From Octopus vulgaris (Eukaryota), in contig OX597816.1 in assembly GCA_951406725.2 (NCBI GenBank), positions 131,812,001 to 131,876,000 on the forward strand: a DNA stretch of 64,000 nt, in the 5' to 3' direction. This document shows positions 24,985 to 38,165 of this stretch, piece after piece. A program made the position numbers and the translations under genes. The stretch's first letter is position 1. Each line of letters opens with the position of its first letter. The notes beneath the pieces are model-generated. The model was given only the letters and a program-made list of their open reading frames with translations, was not told the DNA's origin and did not search any database.

Positions 24985-26080
24985 ATCATGGGACAAAGCC
25001 TTACAAGTTTTTGAAGGTTCTAATGAAAGCAAAGCAGCTAAAAATGTTCCAAATGTTTTAGAGTTCAAAATAGAGTGAATGAAAGAATTTGCAGAAGATG
25101 GTTTGTAAAAAAATAGAGTCATTGCAATTTCAATTTGCCTGATCAGTCTAGATCATTCCAAATTTGATATTGAAATGTTAGGAGCAGCACTTGAAATGAA
25201 TCCTGCAGTGACAGTGAAAGAGCTTTCCACTAAATTTAATGTGAGCATTATGATCATTCATATTCATTTGAAGAAACTAAGAAAATATTCAAAAGAAATG
25301 GGTTCCTGGGATTTTTCATCAGCAAATTGTCAACAAAGCCTTGAATAACGTGTGTTGATTCATACACATAACTAACAAACACCATTTTTAAACAAGATTG
25401 TGCCTGGAGATGAAATAGATTCATTACTGCAATATTGAGTCAGTAAAATGTTTGACTCTTCATTACTGCAATATTAAGCACTGCAGGCAGCGACTAAGCT
25501 CAAATCAAAAACCTGTGCCACGGCCAACAGGACTCTTCACCCAAAAGAAACTTTAATAAATGTTTTGTAGGATCTGGAAGGAATTATTCAAAATGAACTT
25601 TTAGGGCTGAATCAAGCTATCACTTCTGAAGTCTGCTGTCAGCAAATTCATCAGTTGAAGACTCCTTTGGATGCGAAAAAAACCTGCTTTAATATACAGC
25701 AGAGAGATTATCTTTCATCAAGATAATTCTCAACCTCACAACTCACAAGTCAATAAAAATGTTCTGGAATTTTTCAAATGTGAAAAAATACTACACCCTC
25801 TATATTCTCTAGACTTTGCTCTATCAGACTTCCACTTGTTTAGATCTTTGCAAAACCATTGAAATGGTTAGTTGGGAAGACATAAAATGAATTAAATATA
25901 TATATATTAATTTAAAAACCAGGAATGATTTGAATCAGATATTCAAAGACTTATGAATAGATGGAGAGAAGTGATAGAAAATGAATGAAATTATATAGGA
26001 TTAAATTTTCAGTATTAAATATCATGTTTGTACTTTTAAATAAACACTAAAAATTGGACAGGACTTTCAATGCAACCTGA
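24985..26080 (+). mobile_element. Highly degenerate mariner remnant
   Basis: IFHQDNSQPH...HPLYSLDFALSDFHLFRSLQNH at 25671-25862. TIR-like end at about 26052-26080. Confidence 0.8.
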
Positions 26081-26640
26081 TATCTAATATCTAATATCTT
26101 TTATCAACACTATAGATGGTATGTACTGTCTGTACATATCCTAGTGGTTTGCAACATATTAGTTAGTAGGTCTAAAAATCTTAATTTTAGGTCACAAACT
26201 AGCATCTTATGCACCCAGTTAGTTGGTTACAATGAGTAATATCTCTTTCCCTTGGTTGCCATGCTTGCATTTCAGTAACTAATCCTTGTATCGGGAAAGG
26301 TTCTAAAGTAAACATGTGTTCTGAACATTTGCTCTGCTCTCATTATTTGCCCTGGTGCTTCACATCATATAATAAATGGGTCTGCATTATAAAAGGAGTC
26401 TGTGTAATTGAGGTGGCTATAACAGTAGAATGTTGGGCTTAATGTTAAGCCATAGGATTTTACTTTTCATTCTTCTCAATTTCATTAAAATAAATATAAG
26501 TAAAATACTGAACCTTTTCTAATCGACTCTATTCCTTTCCTGCATTTAATTATAACCCCTTTCATGGGTCCATAATTAAAATGTATTTGAATGTAGTGGG
26601 TGTGTATATATATATGTGTGTATATATATATATATATATA

Positions 26641-26915
26641 GTCACAGGAGTGGCTGTATGGTAAGTAGCTTGCTTACCAACCACATAGTTCCAGGTTCAG
26701 TTGCACTGCGTGGCACCTTGGGCAAGTGTCTTCTACTATAGTAAACACACCGATACTGGTGTGTTTACATCCCCGTAACTTAGTGGTTTGGCAAAAGAGA
26801 CCAATAGAATAATTACTAGGCTTACAAACAATAAGTCCTGGGGTCGATTTGCTCGACTAAAGGCGGTGCTCCAGCATGGCCGCAGTCAAATGACTGAAAC
26901 AAGTAAAAGAGTAAA
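26641..26915 (+). mobile_element. SINE family O (internally deleted)
   Basis: Head and tail match 51236-51646. Confidence 0.85.
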
Positions 26916-27285
26916 ATACATATATCGTCATCATCCTATTCATCATTTAACATCTGCTGTCCATGCTGGCATGGATTGGATGGGTTGACCATAGCTGGGA
27001 AGCTGGGGAGCTGCACCAGACTCAAGTCTGATTTGACATGGTTTTTATGGCTGGGTGCTCTTCCTAATGACAACCACTTTACAGAGTATGGTGGGTGTTT
27101 TTATGTGGCACTGCCATGAGTGCTTTACACCACTAAAGGGACTGGTCTTAACACTTCTGCTGCAAATACAGTAAGGTGCCAGGAATCTCTGTCCTTTGTC
27201 ATCTCACCTGAAAGGTTCATCATCCTGAGCTCGTTTGTCAGTACTTCATCCCATGTTTTATATATATATACATACATATATATAA

Positions 27286-27690
27286 GGCACAGGAGTGGCT
27301 GTGTGGTAAGAAGCTTGCTTCCCAACCATATGATTCTGGGTTCAGTCCCACTATGTGGCACCTTGGGCAAGTGTCTTCTACTATAACTTCACTCCGACCA
27401 AAGCCTTGTGAGTGGATTTGGAAACTGAAAGAAGCCCGTCGTATATATAAAGATTTATGTATGTATTTGTGTGTCTGTGTTTGTCCCCCACCACACCCCA
27501 CCATTGCTTGACAACCGATGTTGGTATGTTTGTGTCCCCGTAATTTAGCAGTTCAGCAAAATAAACTGATAGAATAAGTACTAGGCTTAAGGCTTACAAA
27601 GAATAAGTCCTGGGGTTGATTTGTTCGACTAAAGGTGGTGCTCCAGCATGGTCGCAGTCAAAATGACTGAAATAAGAAGAAAAATAGATG
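27286..27690 (+). mobile_element. SINE family O, full length
   Basis: Head, internal TA/TG microsatellite and GGTGCTCCAGCATGG...ACTGAAA tail. Confidence 0.88.
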
Positions 27691-28351
27691 AATATATATA
27701 TATGAGGAACCCATAGTATGAAATCATATGATCTGGCAGTTCTGGTGACCGTAGCTGATGATTCTTGTCTGTCGATAATGCACCACAAGTCCTTATGAGA
27801 AATCCTCTCAAGCTAAGTAACACAGTATTCTGTGTTCTAACACAAGAGCCACACAAGGCCAGATAAAGATCCATAGAGGCCTTAAGCACTTCAATGATTT
27901 TGGTACCCCCATATATATATATGTGTGTAATTCAAAATATAAAAAATAATAAACCTTAAAAAATATTTTTATTTTTCAATATGAAACAAAACTAACAATA
28001 AGATGGAAAATAATGTTTATTTTTGCGTCCTGCCACGTTATTTATACATGAAAAGTTTTCTCCTGTTTTTTTTTTCTTTTTAATGGTGAAGTCTTTAATC
28101 AGATTCTCACTATCACATCTTGAATACTCAGAAATTGCATTCCAATCACATAAATCACTTTGATGTTTTATTTTAGCAAGTTTAAACTAATTTCTTTTAT
28201 ACCATAAACCATTTACCATTTCTGTGGTGCTCTCCACCTCCCTTGATGCCCTAAGTATGTGCTTATTTTGCTTAATGATTAATATAGTGCTGCCTTCGTG
28301 TTGAGTTGGAGGCCAAGATTACTTTTTGATATTAATATTGCTTCTGTTGTG

Positions 28352-28570
28352 AAGGCAACGAGCTGGCAGAAACTTTAGCACACCAGGCAAAAGGTTTAGC
28401 AGTATTTTGTCTGTCTTTACGTTCTGAGTTCAAATTCCACCTAGGTTGACTTTGCCTTTCATCTTTACGGAGTCAATAAATTAAGTACCAGTTGTGCACT
28501 GGAGTTGATCTAATCGACTGGCCCCCATCCCCAAAAGTTTCGGACCTTGAGCCTAGAGAAGCAAAGATAT
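28352..28570 (+). mobile_element. SINE family K variant
   Basis: Homologous to 37238-37450 and 23919-24138. Confidence 0.8.
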
Positions 28571-28810
28571 TGCTTCTGTTGCCAATAGCATGTAGGAACA
28601 CCTGTGCTGGTGGCACATAAAAAGCATCCATTACACTCTTGGAGTGGTTGGCATTAAGAAGGGCATCTAGCCATAGAAACCATGCCAAATCAGACTGGAA
28701 CCTAGTGCAGCTCTCTGGCTTACCAGTTCCAGCCAAACCATCTAATCCATGCCAGAAGGGAAATTGGATGTTAAATAATGATGATGAGGATGATGATGAT
28801 GATGATGATG

Positions 28811-28858
<48 letters not shown>

Positions 28859-28930
28859 ATTTGTTTTACAAGATTCCTGATATGAAACTGAGTGTGGAAA
28901 CAGATATTGTAATATCTGGGGATGGCCATT

Positions 28931-29026
28931 ATCCTCCTCCTCCTCCTCCTCCTCCTTTATCTTCTTCTTCTTCTTCTTCTTCTTCTTCTTCTTCTTCTTC
29001 TTCTTCTTCTTCTTCTTCTTCTTCTC
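28931..29026. repeat. (CCT)n/(CTT)n microsatellite
   Basis: Seen directly. Confidence 0.95.
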
Positions 29027-31084
29027 GGAGTGGTTGGCATTAGGAAGGGCATCCAGCTGTGGAAACTCTGCCAGATCAGATTGGTGTCGGGTGCAGCCAT
29101 CTGGTTCGCCAGTCCCCAGTTAAATCGTCCAACCCATGCCAGCATGGAAAGCGGACGTTAAACGATGATGATGATGATGATGATGATGATGACATGCAAT
29201 GAAATTGTTATATATTCAAACTCAGGGAGCTGAACTGCCAAATCTTCTAGAAAAACTAATTAATACAGTAACTAGATTTGAATCACATAAAGTACAATGT
29301 ACAACTAAGAAAATTTACTGTCTTTTTTGTTTTGTTTTGTTTTTCTTTAAAGAGCAGCTTTCAGTCATGTGATAAATAGATTATTAATATTTCAAGGCAG
29401 AGATTACACAGCAGTAAAGCTATGAACTTAAAGCCCTGACTCAGACACTAACTGACAGGGCTTTTGTCTCTTCATTTACACCTTGCTGACCTAGTAACCA
29501 AGAATTGCTTTGAATAAAATCTCTATTGAACTATGGTCTAATAACTGACTATTGTTTTAGAACATTTGTAATCCAATATCTAGCATTTCTCTCAAATGTA
29601 TTTGTAAACTAGTTAAAATGGTAGTGACTTTGATTTTAAACATTCATTTAGCATAAGCTCATTAATGAGTGCAAAAGTTACATTCAAAATAATGCTGCAT
29701 TAAGTTGACTTTAATAAGTACTCCACTAAGTATATTTTCAGTAAACTGCCATGGTGTTGAGTACTTTTGAAATCATTCCAGCTTTCATGGGAGAAAGGCA
29801 GTAGTGGAAGGGATCAAAATACTAAAAGAAAAAGAAAAGATAAGAAAATTTAAAAAAAAGACTGATGTAAAATTAAGTGAATTGAGAGCATGATGAGTTT
29901 ATCATAGCTTCATAGACAGAATAAGATGAATTCTGTGTTGAAATATTTGTACTTTAGATACAGAGGCATAGCCATGTTCTAAAGTTAGTGGGAACAAGCA
30001 TATAAGAACAAGGCACTACAACACATGCCAAATAATTTTAAACCTATTTCTCTTATATTACATAAAATATTTTATTAGTTATAATATACATAATTGTATT
30101 CTACATTTATTAATTTCATGTTTCATTAACAAGGTCATTAAAAAAAAATTTGTGGAAAAGGTGCCAATTTTGAAAAATGTGCTGGGGTGGGGCGGGGGTG
30201 GGGGCAGTTGCTCCTCTTTCTCTCCTATTAGTTATACCACTGCTTACGTGACTAGTCTTGCATGTAGTTAGATTTGAAGTAAAATACACTTTCACTGAAG
30301 TCAAAATATGTTCAACTTGAAGTTCATTAAATTTCTAATTCCTATAACTAATGATATCTGCATCTAAAGTTTCCTTTGATAAGTGCAAACATATCAAATT
30401 ACTTTCTTTTCCTCAGTTTCCATCTTTGATTAATTTGAGTGTGATAATGGTTTTGAAAATGTACCAGACATCTTTATGTAACCCCTAATTTAACTTTACA
30501 TGCAACATCTCCTAAATGGGATATATACTCCATCTCTTCATCATTCAATATATTTTCGGCTGTATAATAACACTGATTGCTTCTTACTTTTTTGGTTTAT
30601 TACTAAGCATTGTCAGTTCAAACTGGGTTTGTTTTATTATTTTTATAATTATCTTAATGTTGAGGGTAAACTGGTTGAGTCAGTAAAATATTTGACTTTT
30701 CACACATAATTTGTAAGTTCATGTCTCTTTCTCAGCAGAATGCTTCATTTTACATGCTTCCATTTATTTAATGGTCAATAAAAAAAACTTAACAGACTTT
30801 TTGGGAAAGTTACCTGCAAAAGACTAGCATTCTGTTCATGCATGGACCTTCATCATTCCCAAAAAAGATCAGCTTTAAAACTCTGCTGTGTGTGTGTGTG
30901 TGTGTGTGTGATGTAAGGATGGAGAGTCAAAGCAAAACAGGGAAGATTACGGGGCTCACAAAGCCAACCCCAAGCTTTTACTGGTGAAAATGTTAAAATA
31001 TTATTATTTTTTATTATGGTTGAAAATGATGTAAGTGTATAAATTATTGACAGGCAGTTTTTTCCCCCCAACTTAGACCTTCTT

Positions 31085-31550
31085 TTTCAAACTGAAAACT
31101 TAATTCTGTAGAGTGAGCTACTTTACAGGTCTGAAACTTGGACTCTGACAAAAACATTGCAGGAACGACAAAGTGGATGCTACACCTGCTTACTTTGACA
31201 TGCACTGAACATCGAATGGCAACTACAAATGACTAAAAAAGACCTCTATATGGACCTTCCCCTCATATCAGAGCTGACAAGAACCACAAGACTCCATTTT
31301 GTTGGGCACTACTATGGGTTAGTGCCAGGAGACTTCATTTGGTTGGATGGTGCTACCAGCCTAAGAATGAATACATCACAGATGGTTACTCTGGGAACCA
31401 ACGCATGGCTATAGAGGCAGGAAATGATTGGCTACAACATATGTTGAGGAACTAGGGATCAACAGTAGCTTATCAATTCCCAAGATGAAGTTGGCAATGA
31501 AGGATAGGAACTACTGGAGGAAAATCTGTGCAGATCAAGGAAACTTGATC
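31085..31550 (+). mobile_element. Degenerate LINE (RTE-like) C-terminal fragment
   Basis: GSETWTLTKTLQER..GCYT and RLHFVGH motifs, with many disruptions. Confidence 0.6.
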
Positions 31551-32233
31551 TAAGGAAGAGCACAGCATTAATATATCCGTGTTGAGGCACATGGCTTAGT
31601 GGTTAGAGTGTTGGACTCTTGATTGTAAGATTGTGGTTTTGATTCCTGGACCAGTTCACACATTGTGTTCTTGAGCAAAACACTTCATTTCAAGTTGTTC
31701 CAGTCCACTCAGCTGGCAAAAAGGAGCAATCCTGCAATACACTGATGTCCCATCCAGTAGGTGGAGAATATATGCACCACAGCAATTGTACTCCTGACTT
31801 TTTGATCAGTTGTCTTACACCTTCATTGTTGAGTACCTTAATACAACATGTAGTTAATTTTTATTTAAGTGATATCTTTTACCTCTGTTGGCAGCAAATG
31901 TTTTTCCTCTCAACAAATGTAGATTTGCAAAAGTTATAATACTATAGGCTTATGAGACATGATTATTCAATACAAAACTTCTTCAGCAGCTGGGAATAAA
32001 CAAGACAGTTATGTTTGTATGTTTATATATCTGTTTTCCTATACTACATAGATAAAACAAATACATTATTTGGACATTGTTTTATAACTGGATGTTCTTC
32101 CTGTCACTAACCCTTATCTGCTTTTCGAGTCAGGAATATCTTATTCACTACATCTTTGAAGGTAAAACATTATATTTCTAAAAAACGTATAAATTTAGAC
32201 ACACTCACACACATGCACACACAGACACTCACT

Positions 32234-32267
<34 letters not shown>

Positions 32268-34065
32268 CATATACATACATCATCATTATCATTTGACCAG
32301 AGCTGGCAAGCTGGGAGGACGCACCAGACTCCAGTCTGATTTGGCATGGTTTCTCTGGCTGGATGCCCTTCCTAACACCAACCACTCTACAGAGTGTGCT
32401 GGGTGCTTTTACATGACACTGCATGGGCACTTTTATATGGTGCCATGTGAGCACTTTTACATGGTGTCACATGGGCACTTTTACATGGCACCACACAGGC
32501 ACTTTCATGTGACACCACATGGGCACTTTTACATGACACCACCACAAGTGCTTTACACCACCAGCAGAATCAGTCTTAACATTCCTGCTGCAGGGTATGT
32601 GTCTTCTTGAGTACAGTCAGGCACCAAGTATCTTGGTCCTTTATCATCTTGCTTGAAAGGTTCAGCTTCCTGAGGTGTTCTTCAGTACTTCATCTCATGT
32701 CTTCCTGGGTCTCCCACTTCAACATGTTCCATCCACTTTGAGAAATCAGCACTTCTTTATGGAGCTGTCGGTATCCATCCACTTAACATGTAGATGGATG
32801 ATGCATGTATATGTGCATATATATGTGTTTATATATATATATAAGTGCAGACATGGCTGCATGGTTAAGAAGTTTGTTTCCCAACCGCATGGTTTGGGGC
32901 TTCTTTCAATTTCCAGTTACCAAATTCACTCACAAAATTTAGGTTACCCAATGCTATAGCAGAAAACACTTGCACAAGGTGTCATAGAGTGGAACTGAAC
33001 TCAAAACCATATAGTTGGGGCGCAAACTTTTTAATCACACAGCCATGCCAGTGCTCCTGAAAGAAAGATGAGGGCTGGATTGACAAGTAATCTGATTGAG
33101 TGACTGACCGGGAAAGATAACTGTATTGACCTGGACCTGTGATGAAAACAGATCATAAGTGCTGAAGGAAATGTACCTTGGGCAGACAGCAGAAGTTGCT
33201 TACCGCAGTGAGGAAGACTGAGAAATGCTTGGGCAGAAATGACATGGCCAGGTCTTAGGATATTGTGCTTAAGATGACGAAGGACTAATGCAAATTGGAA
33301 TTTGCCAATATATTAATTTTTCTTATTGGTGTCAGTATTGAAAAATTGATGTAAAAATTATGAATGATAAAGATCATGATGTTTGAAGAGGATTTTAAGC
33401 TGGCAGTGATATCCACCTAACTACAAATAATTTGGCGCCATTCTTTTCCTCTTGTGAGATAATGGATCATTAATACAAAGCAAAATATCTAAAGGTGGCT
33501 GGAGAATGTGGTCTCTGAAATGCAGTGTAAAAAAAATGGAAACAAAATCATGTAATTAGCTATCTGATTACTGTATTCTATTCAAATAAGAACTCATAAA
33601 AATATAAATCTTAATTGTTACATGACAATAGTTGCATCTGATGGTTCGTTACACTTTCCATGAATATATTATTAACAGGAACATTATATAATATTAGAGT
33701 ATATGAAATGGTGTATTATATGTGTGTATACACACAGGCACACACACACATGTACACACACACATACACATGCACACACGCACTCACACATACACACACA
33801 TACTCACACACACATTATAACGATAAAGAATATGGAGACTGGTACATTCTCAAAAGTTATTTCCTTTTATTTTACAATGTCATAGAGTATATTTTTATGG
33901 TTATAATGACCTACGAGTGTTTCTACAACACAGAGTATAGGCAGTTGCATATGACTCCAAGCAATCATTGACAGTAGATACTAACTGACGGAGTTAGCCA
34001 TAACTTGGAACTTAACTGAGAGCTACCATGGTAATCACTCAGATAATATATCGCTCTAAACTCAC

Positions 34066-34101
<36 letters not shown>

Positions 34102-34189
34102 TGCAGACATGGCTGCATGTTTAAGTAGTTTGTTTCCCAACCGCATAGTTTGGGGCTTCTTTCAATTTCCAGTTACCAAATTATTGTAA

Positions 34190-34535
34190 GCTACACCAAT
34201 GCTAGAACGGGATGACACTGCATAGTGCCAAAGATCCCAGCAATGCCATCACGTTTCAGGACCAGCTTCTGCAACAGCCTGGGTTTCAAGGGCCCACAGC
34301 TTTTTAATATTCTCCCAAAGAGTCTGAGGAACTTGCACAAAGTAGATGTAGCTAGACATCTTCCTGTCAAGCGTCCCAGATGAACCTACCTCACGGCAAG
34401 AGGTGCAAATGAGAGTAGCTGTATCAAACTCCATTCTTCACCAAGTGCCACATATTAGACGAGGTTCGTCGTAATAACAGTGTAGCACAAAACGGCGGTG
34501 CATCAGTATGGCCGCAGCTCTAAGCTGAAACTATT
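34190..34535 (+). mobile_element. 3' end of a CR1/L2-like LINE
   Basis: Translates as NSLGFKGPQLFNILP..LR...LDIFLSSVPDEP, then tail GGCGGTG...ATGGCCGCAGCTCTAAGCTGAAACT. The same tail appears alone at 11795-11860. Confidence 0.65.
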
Positions 34536-35117
34536 AAAAAAAAAAATATGTGTGTGTGTGTGTATTACTGTCATTTCATTTATTTCTTTTGTTCATTTTA
34601 GCCATGTGGCTATGCTCATGCTGGAGGACCATTGTAATTTTGCACCATCATTTATGATTCTCCTTCAGCTAATTTCCTCAGGGTGGTGGAGTTTCACACA
34701 TAACTACTCCTGTATATGTCTTTGTCCTGGCTGGTGACCCCATTGGTGTATGAGGGAGTTTAACTTGTTTGCCCTTGTCAGTACCTTATGCTAGATTGTT
34801 GGATCATCTGGTATTGTAGAGAGGAAAATGTTTAGCTCCCTTTTGAAGACATCTATGTTCACATTGTGTAAATTTCTTAATAATTTTTGTGGCAGAGCAT
34901 TGAAGAGCTGTGGGCCTTTGAACCCTAAGTTGTTGCAGTACCCAGTCCTGAATTTTGATGGAGTGGCCAGTACCTTTGCTACAATAGAACAGCATCCAGT
35001 TCTGTCATTTGTATAACCCTCAATTCTGTGAAATTAGGTATTAGCCCTTCCAGAATTTTCCATGTGTAGATTATTACATATCTGTCACACCTTTGTTCCA
35101 GGGAGTAAAATTAATAC

Positions 35118-35567
35118 TTAAGTATATAATTATAAATACATAATTATAACTAAGGGAACTGGAGGGACAATGCCAAAACACTAGAAGTGTGTTTTTATAA
35201 TTGATTATAGGCTAGTATAATCATTATGGACGATTAGATATAATGTATTCATGGGAAATGTATGTATATATTGGTATATATATTGGTATCTCTGAGCAAG
35301 AATTTATTGGTATATATATATTTTTTTTTTCACTTATATATTGTCAGTATACTTCTGTTGATGAGTGTAAAGTAATTTTTTATTACAAAGCATGAAATCT
35401 TAAGATATAGAGTTGTCCAAAATTTTACAAATCTTCTTGTCCATTTTCTTGCTTTCAGCCTTGTGCAAACTTAGAGTGGTTTGTAGACATTTAACATCTA
35501 CTTCTAGTATATTGGCGTTGTCCCTCCAGCACCCTTGATTATAATTACATATTTATAATTATATACT

Positions 35568-35570
<3 letters not shown>
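35118..35570 (+). mobile_element. Penelope pLTR-like element with 71-bp inverted terminal copy and decayed hammerhead
   Basis: Inverted repeat 35118-35188 versus 35500-35570. Hammerhead-like motif at 35351-35413. Ends in (TA)n. Confidence 0.72.
35351..35413 (+). ncRNA. Decayed type I hammerhead ribozyme (core C3U)
   Basis: ACUUCUG-UUGAUGA-GUG...CAU-GAAA-UCUUAAGA-UA-UAGAGU. Palindromic stem III AUCUUAAGAU, AUA triplet. Confidence 0.6.
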
Positions 35571-35605
<35 letters not shown>

Positions 35606-35671
35606 CATACATACACACATACATACAAACATACATACTACATACATACACACACACACATGCACATACAT

Positions 35672-35895
35672 ATAATTGCCAACCAAATGTGGTGTCCTAT
35701 ACAGGACAATGTCCGATTACTAATACTAATCGGATACAGAATGTGTGTCATTAGCCAACTGGAAGAGATGTCTTCTTGGAGTTATAAACATCGGTAGCAC
35801 TGTTCCATATAGGATGCCACACTTGGTTGGCAATTATCTGTTATGATTCTGTATTGCTACTGTTTATATCTCGCTCAGAGATTTAATATAGCTAT
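35672..35895. mobile_element. Short element with 30-bp inverted head and 3' tail ending in (TA)
   Basis: 35672-35701 is the reverse complement of 35808-35837 (27/30). Confidence 0.55.
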
Positions 35896-35900
35896 ATATA

Positions 35901-36460
35901 TTGCGTTGTCTGGAAAGTTCATACTGATTTTTAAAGGAAAGGAAAAGGTCATTAAATACTTGCCATTACATTTTTAATCAACCAAATATGAACCATTTTG
36001 TTGCACAATACATCTCCGTCTTCCCTTTAACTTGAAAATACCCTCTTCCCAGAATTGAGGTGGTTTCATGGCAAAGAATTCATCAAGGTATCTTTTTATG
36101 TCATCTAAGGAATTGAAAATTTTACCATTAAGACTATTCTGCAGAGACCTGAATAAGTGGAAATCCAAAGGAGCAATATCTGGAAGATATGGAGGCTGGG
36201 GTAACACATCCTAGCCGAGCTGCAGCAATTTTTGTCTGGTTTCCAAAGCATCTAGGGCTGAAAATAAACTTTCTTATCTTATTTTAAAGGGTTACAGGAT
36301 TAACACAGGTTATAGGAACATAAACCTTCTACCATAAAAAGATAGCTTAAACTGTGCTCTAAATAGAGGTCAAATCCTATTTTATGGACACAACCATGTT
36401 CTAAAATAAGTCGAAAGGTAAGCTACTATAAATCAGCACGAACTTTCTGGACAACCCAAT
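35901..36460 (-). mobile_element. Internally deleted mariner
   Basis: TIRs TTGCGTTGTCTGGAAAGTTCATACTGATTT / AAATCAGCACGAACTTTCTGGACAACCCAA. ORF 35974-36207 reads PPYLPDIAPLDFHLFRSLQN. Confidence 0.88.
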
Positions 36461-37512
36461 ATATATAATGTACCGTTCCATGACAGAAAATTCAACGAAA
36501 AAGTGTACTCCATCTGGTGAGAAATAAATATTACAAAATAGTGTTTTGTATGTATGTATGTATACACTGTATTACAATAAAATAATATCTAGCCATTCAG
36601 ACATGTGGTAAGGCAAATTTTTACAACATACCTTGTGTCTCCAAGCAATCTCCACATCCATACATATGTGTTTGTGTGTGTGTGAGAGAGAGAGTGTGTG
36701 AGTGTATATACGTGTGTGTGAGTGTTTTTTTGTGTATGTATGTGTGTGTGTGTGTGTGTGATAAGATAAAGAAATGTAAGAATGTGTTTTAATATATTTT
36801 TTAAATATTCAAGAATTTGTAAAGCAGACACAGCATTCTTTTATTGGTACACTTGCCAGTGCTGGAATGTATTTGAACAAACGATTCTCATGTGATATAA
36901 TGTTTAACAATATCATGCACATAGTCACATTAATTAATTTTTCCAATTATCATTCAGGTAATAACAATATTTTGAGTACTTTTGAGTACTTTAACCTTTT
37001 AGCATTTAAACTGGTCATAACCGGCCCAAATATTCTATCTATTTTTACGTTCAAACTGGCCAGATCTGACCTCTCACACCTACCCTGCAATGTCATACTA
37101 AAAATATGGAATCACATCATTGAAATCTAAAAGCAACAAGATAATGCAAGATTAATTCAAAACAATGTGAACTAATAAGCCTTACATTTGACAGAGTAAT
37201 CTGAATGCTAATGGGTGAATAAGTAATACTGTAATACTGGTGAGCTGGCAGAAACATTAGCACACCGGGTGTATTGCTTAGCAGCATTTTGTCAGTCTTT
37301 ACATTCAGAGTTCAAATTCTGCCGAGGTCGACTGTACCTTTCATTCTTTCGGGGTTGATAAATTAAGAACCAGTAACATACTGGGGTTGATCTAATCGAC
37401 TGGCCCCCTCCCCAAAAATTTCAGGCTTTTGCCTTGAGTAGAAAAGAATAAGTAATATTATAACATGAGACTGTCCCAAATTCCCCACCTTCATATCTTC
37501 AATCTTTTATTT

Positions 37513-37950
37513 GCAGGCATGGTTGTGTGGTAAGAGGCTTACTTCTCAACCACATGGTTCCAGGTTCAGTCCCACTTGGTCCTTGGGCAAGTGTCTTCTA
37601 CTATAGCCTTGAGCAGACCAGAGCCTTGTGAATAAATTTGGTAGATGGAAACTGAAAGAAGCCCATCATATATGTATCTGTGTGTGTGTGTGTATACATA
37701 TGTATGTGTGTGTGTGTGCGTTTGTATCCGTGTTTGTTCCCCTGCCCTACTACCACTTGACAACCAGTGTTAGTGTGTTTACGTCCTTATCACTTAGTGG
37801 TTCAATAAAAGATACTGATAGAATAAGTAAGAGGCTTAACTAAAAAGAATAAGTACTGGGGTAAATTCATTCAACAAGAAATTCTTCAAAGCAGTGCCCC
37901 AGCATGGCCACAGTCTAATGACTGAAACAAGTAAAAAGAGATAAAAGGAT
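37513..37950 (+). mobile_element. SINE family O
   Basis: Homologous to 51236-51646. Confidence 0.85.
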
Positions 37951-38165
37951 AATAATTATCTACTAAAACCATAACATTGAAAAATTTTGAGATATTTTGA
38001 CCCCTTAGCATTCAGATTATTCTATTAAATGCAATACTTCTTTATTAACATTGTTTTCTATTAATCCTGCATTATCTTTTAACTCTGAGATTATGATTAA
38101 ATGATCATTAATTTTTTTTATGGCATTATAGGATAGGTATGAGAGGCTGGATCTGGTCAATTTAA

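Noticed and set aside
27750-27815. CTGATGA...GAAA co-occurrence
   Set aside because: No convincing stems I-III around the cores. The same applies to CTGATGA at about 12259 and 24349 and TGATGA at about 10500.
33830-34068. Possible further hammerhead on the minus strand (GAAACACTCGTAGGTCA) in a TA-adjacent orphan
   Set aside because: Only the 3' half-core is present. No CUGANGA or stem I partner could be placed.
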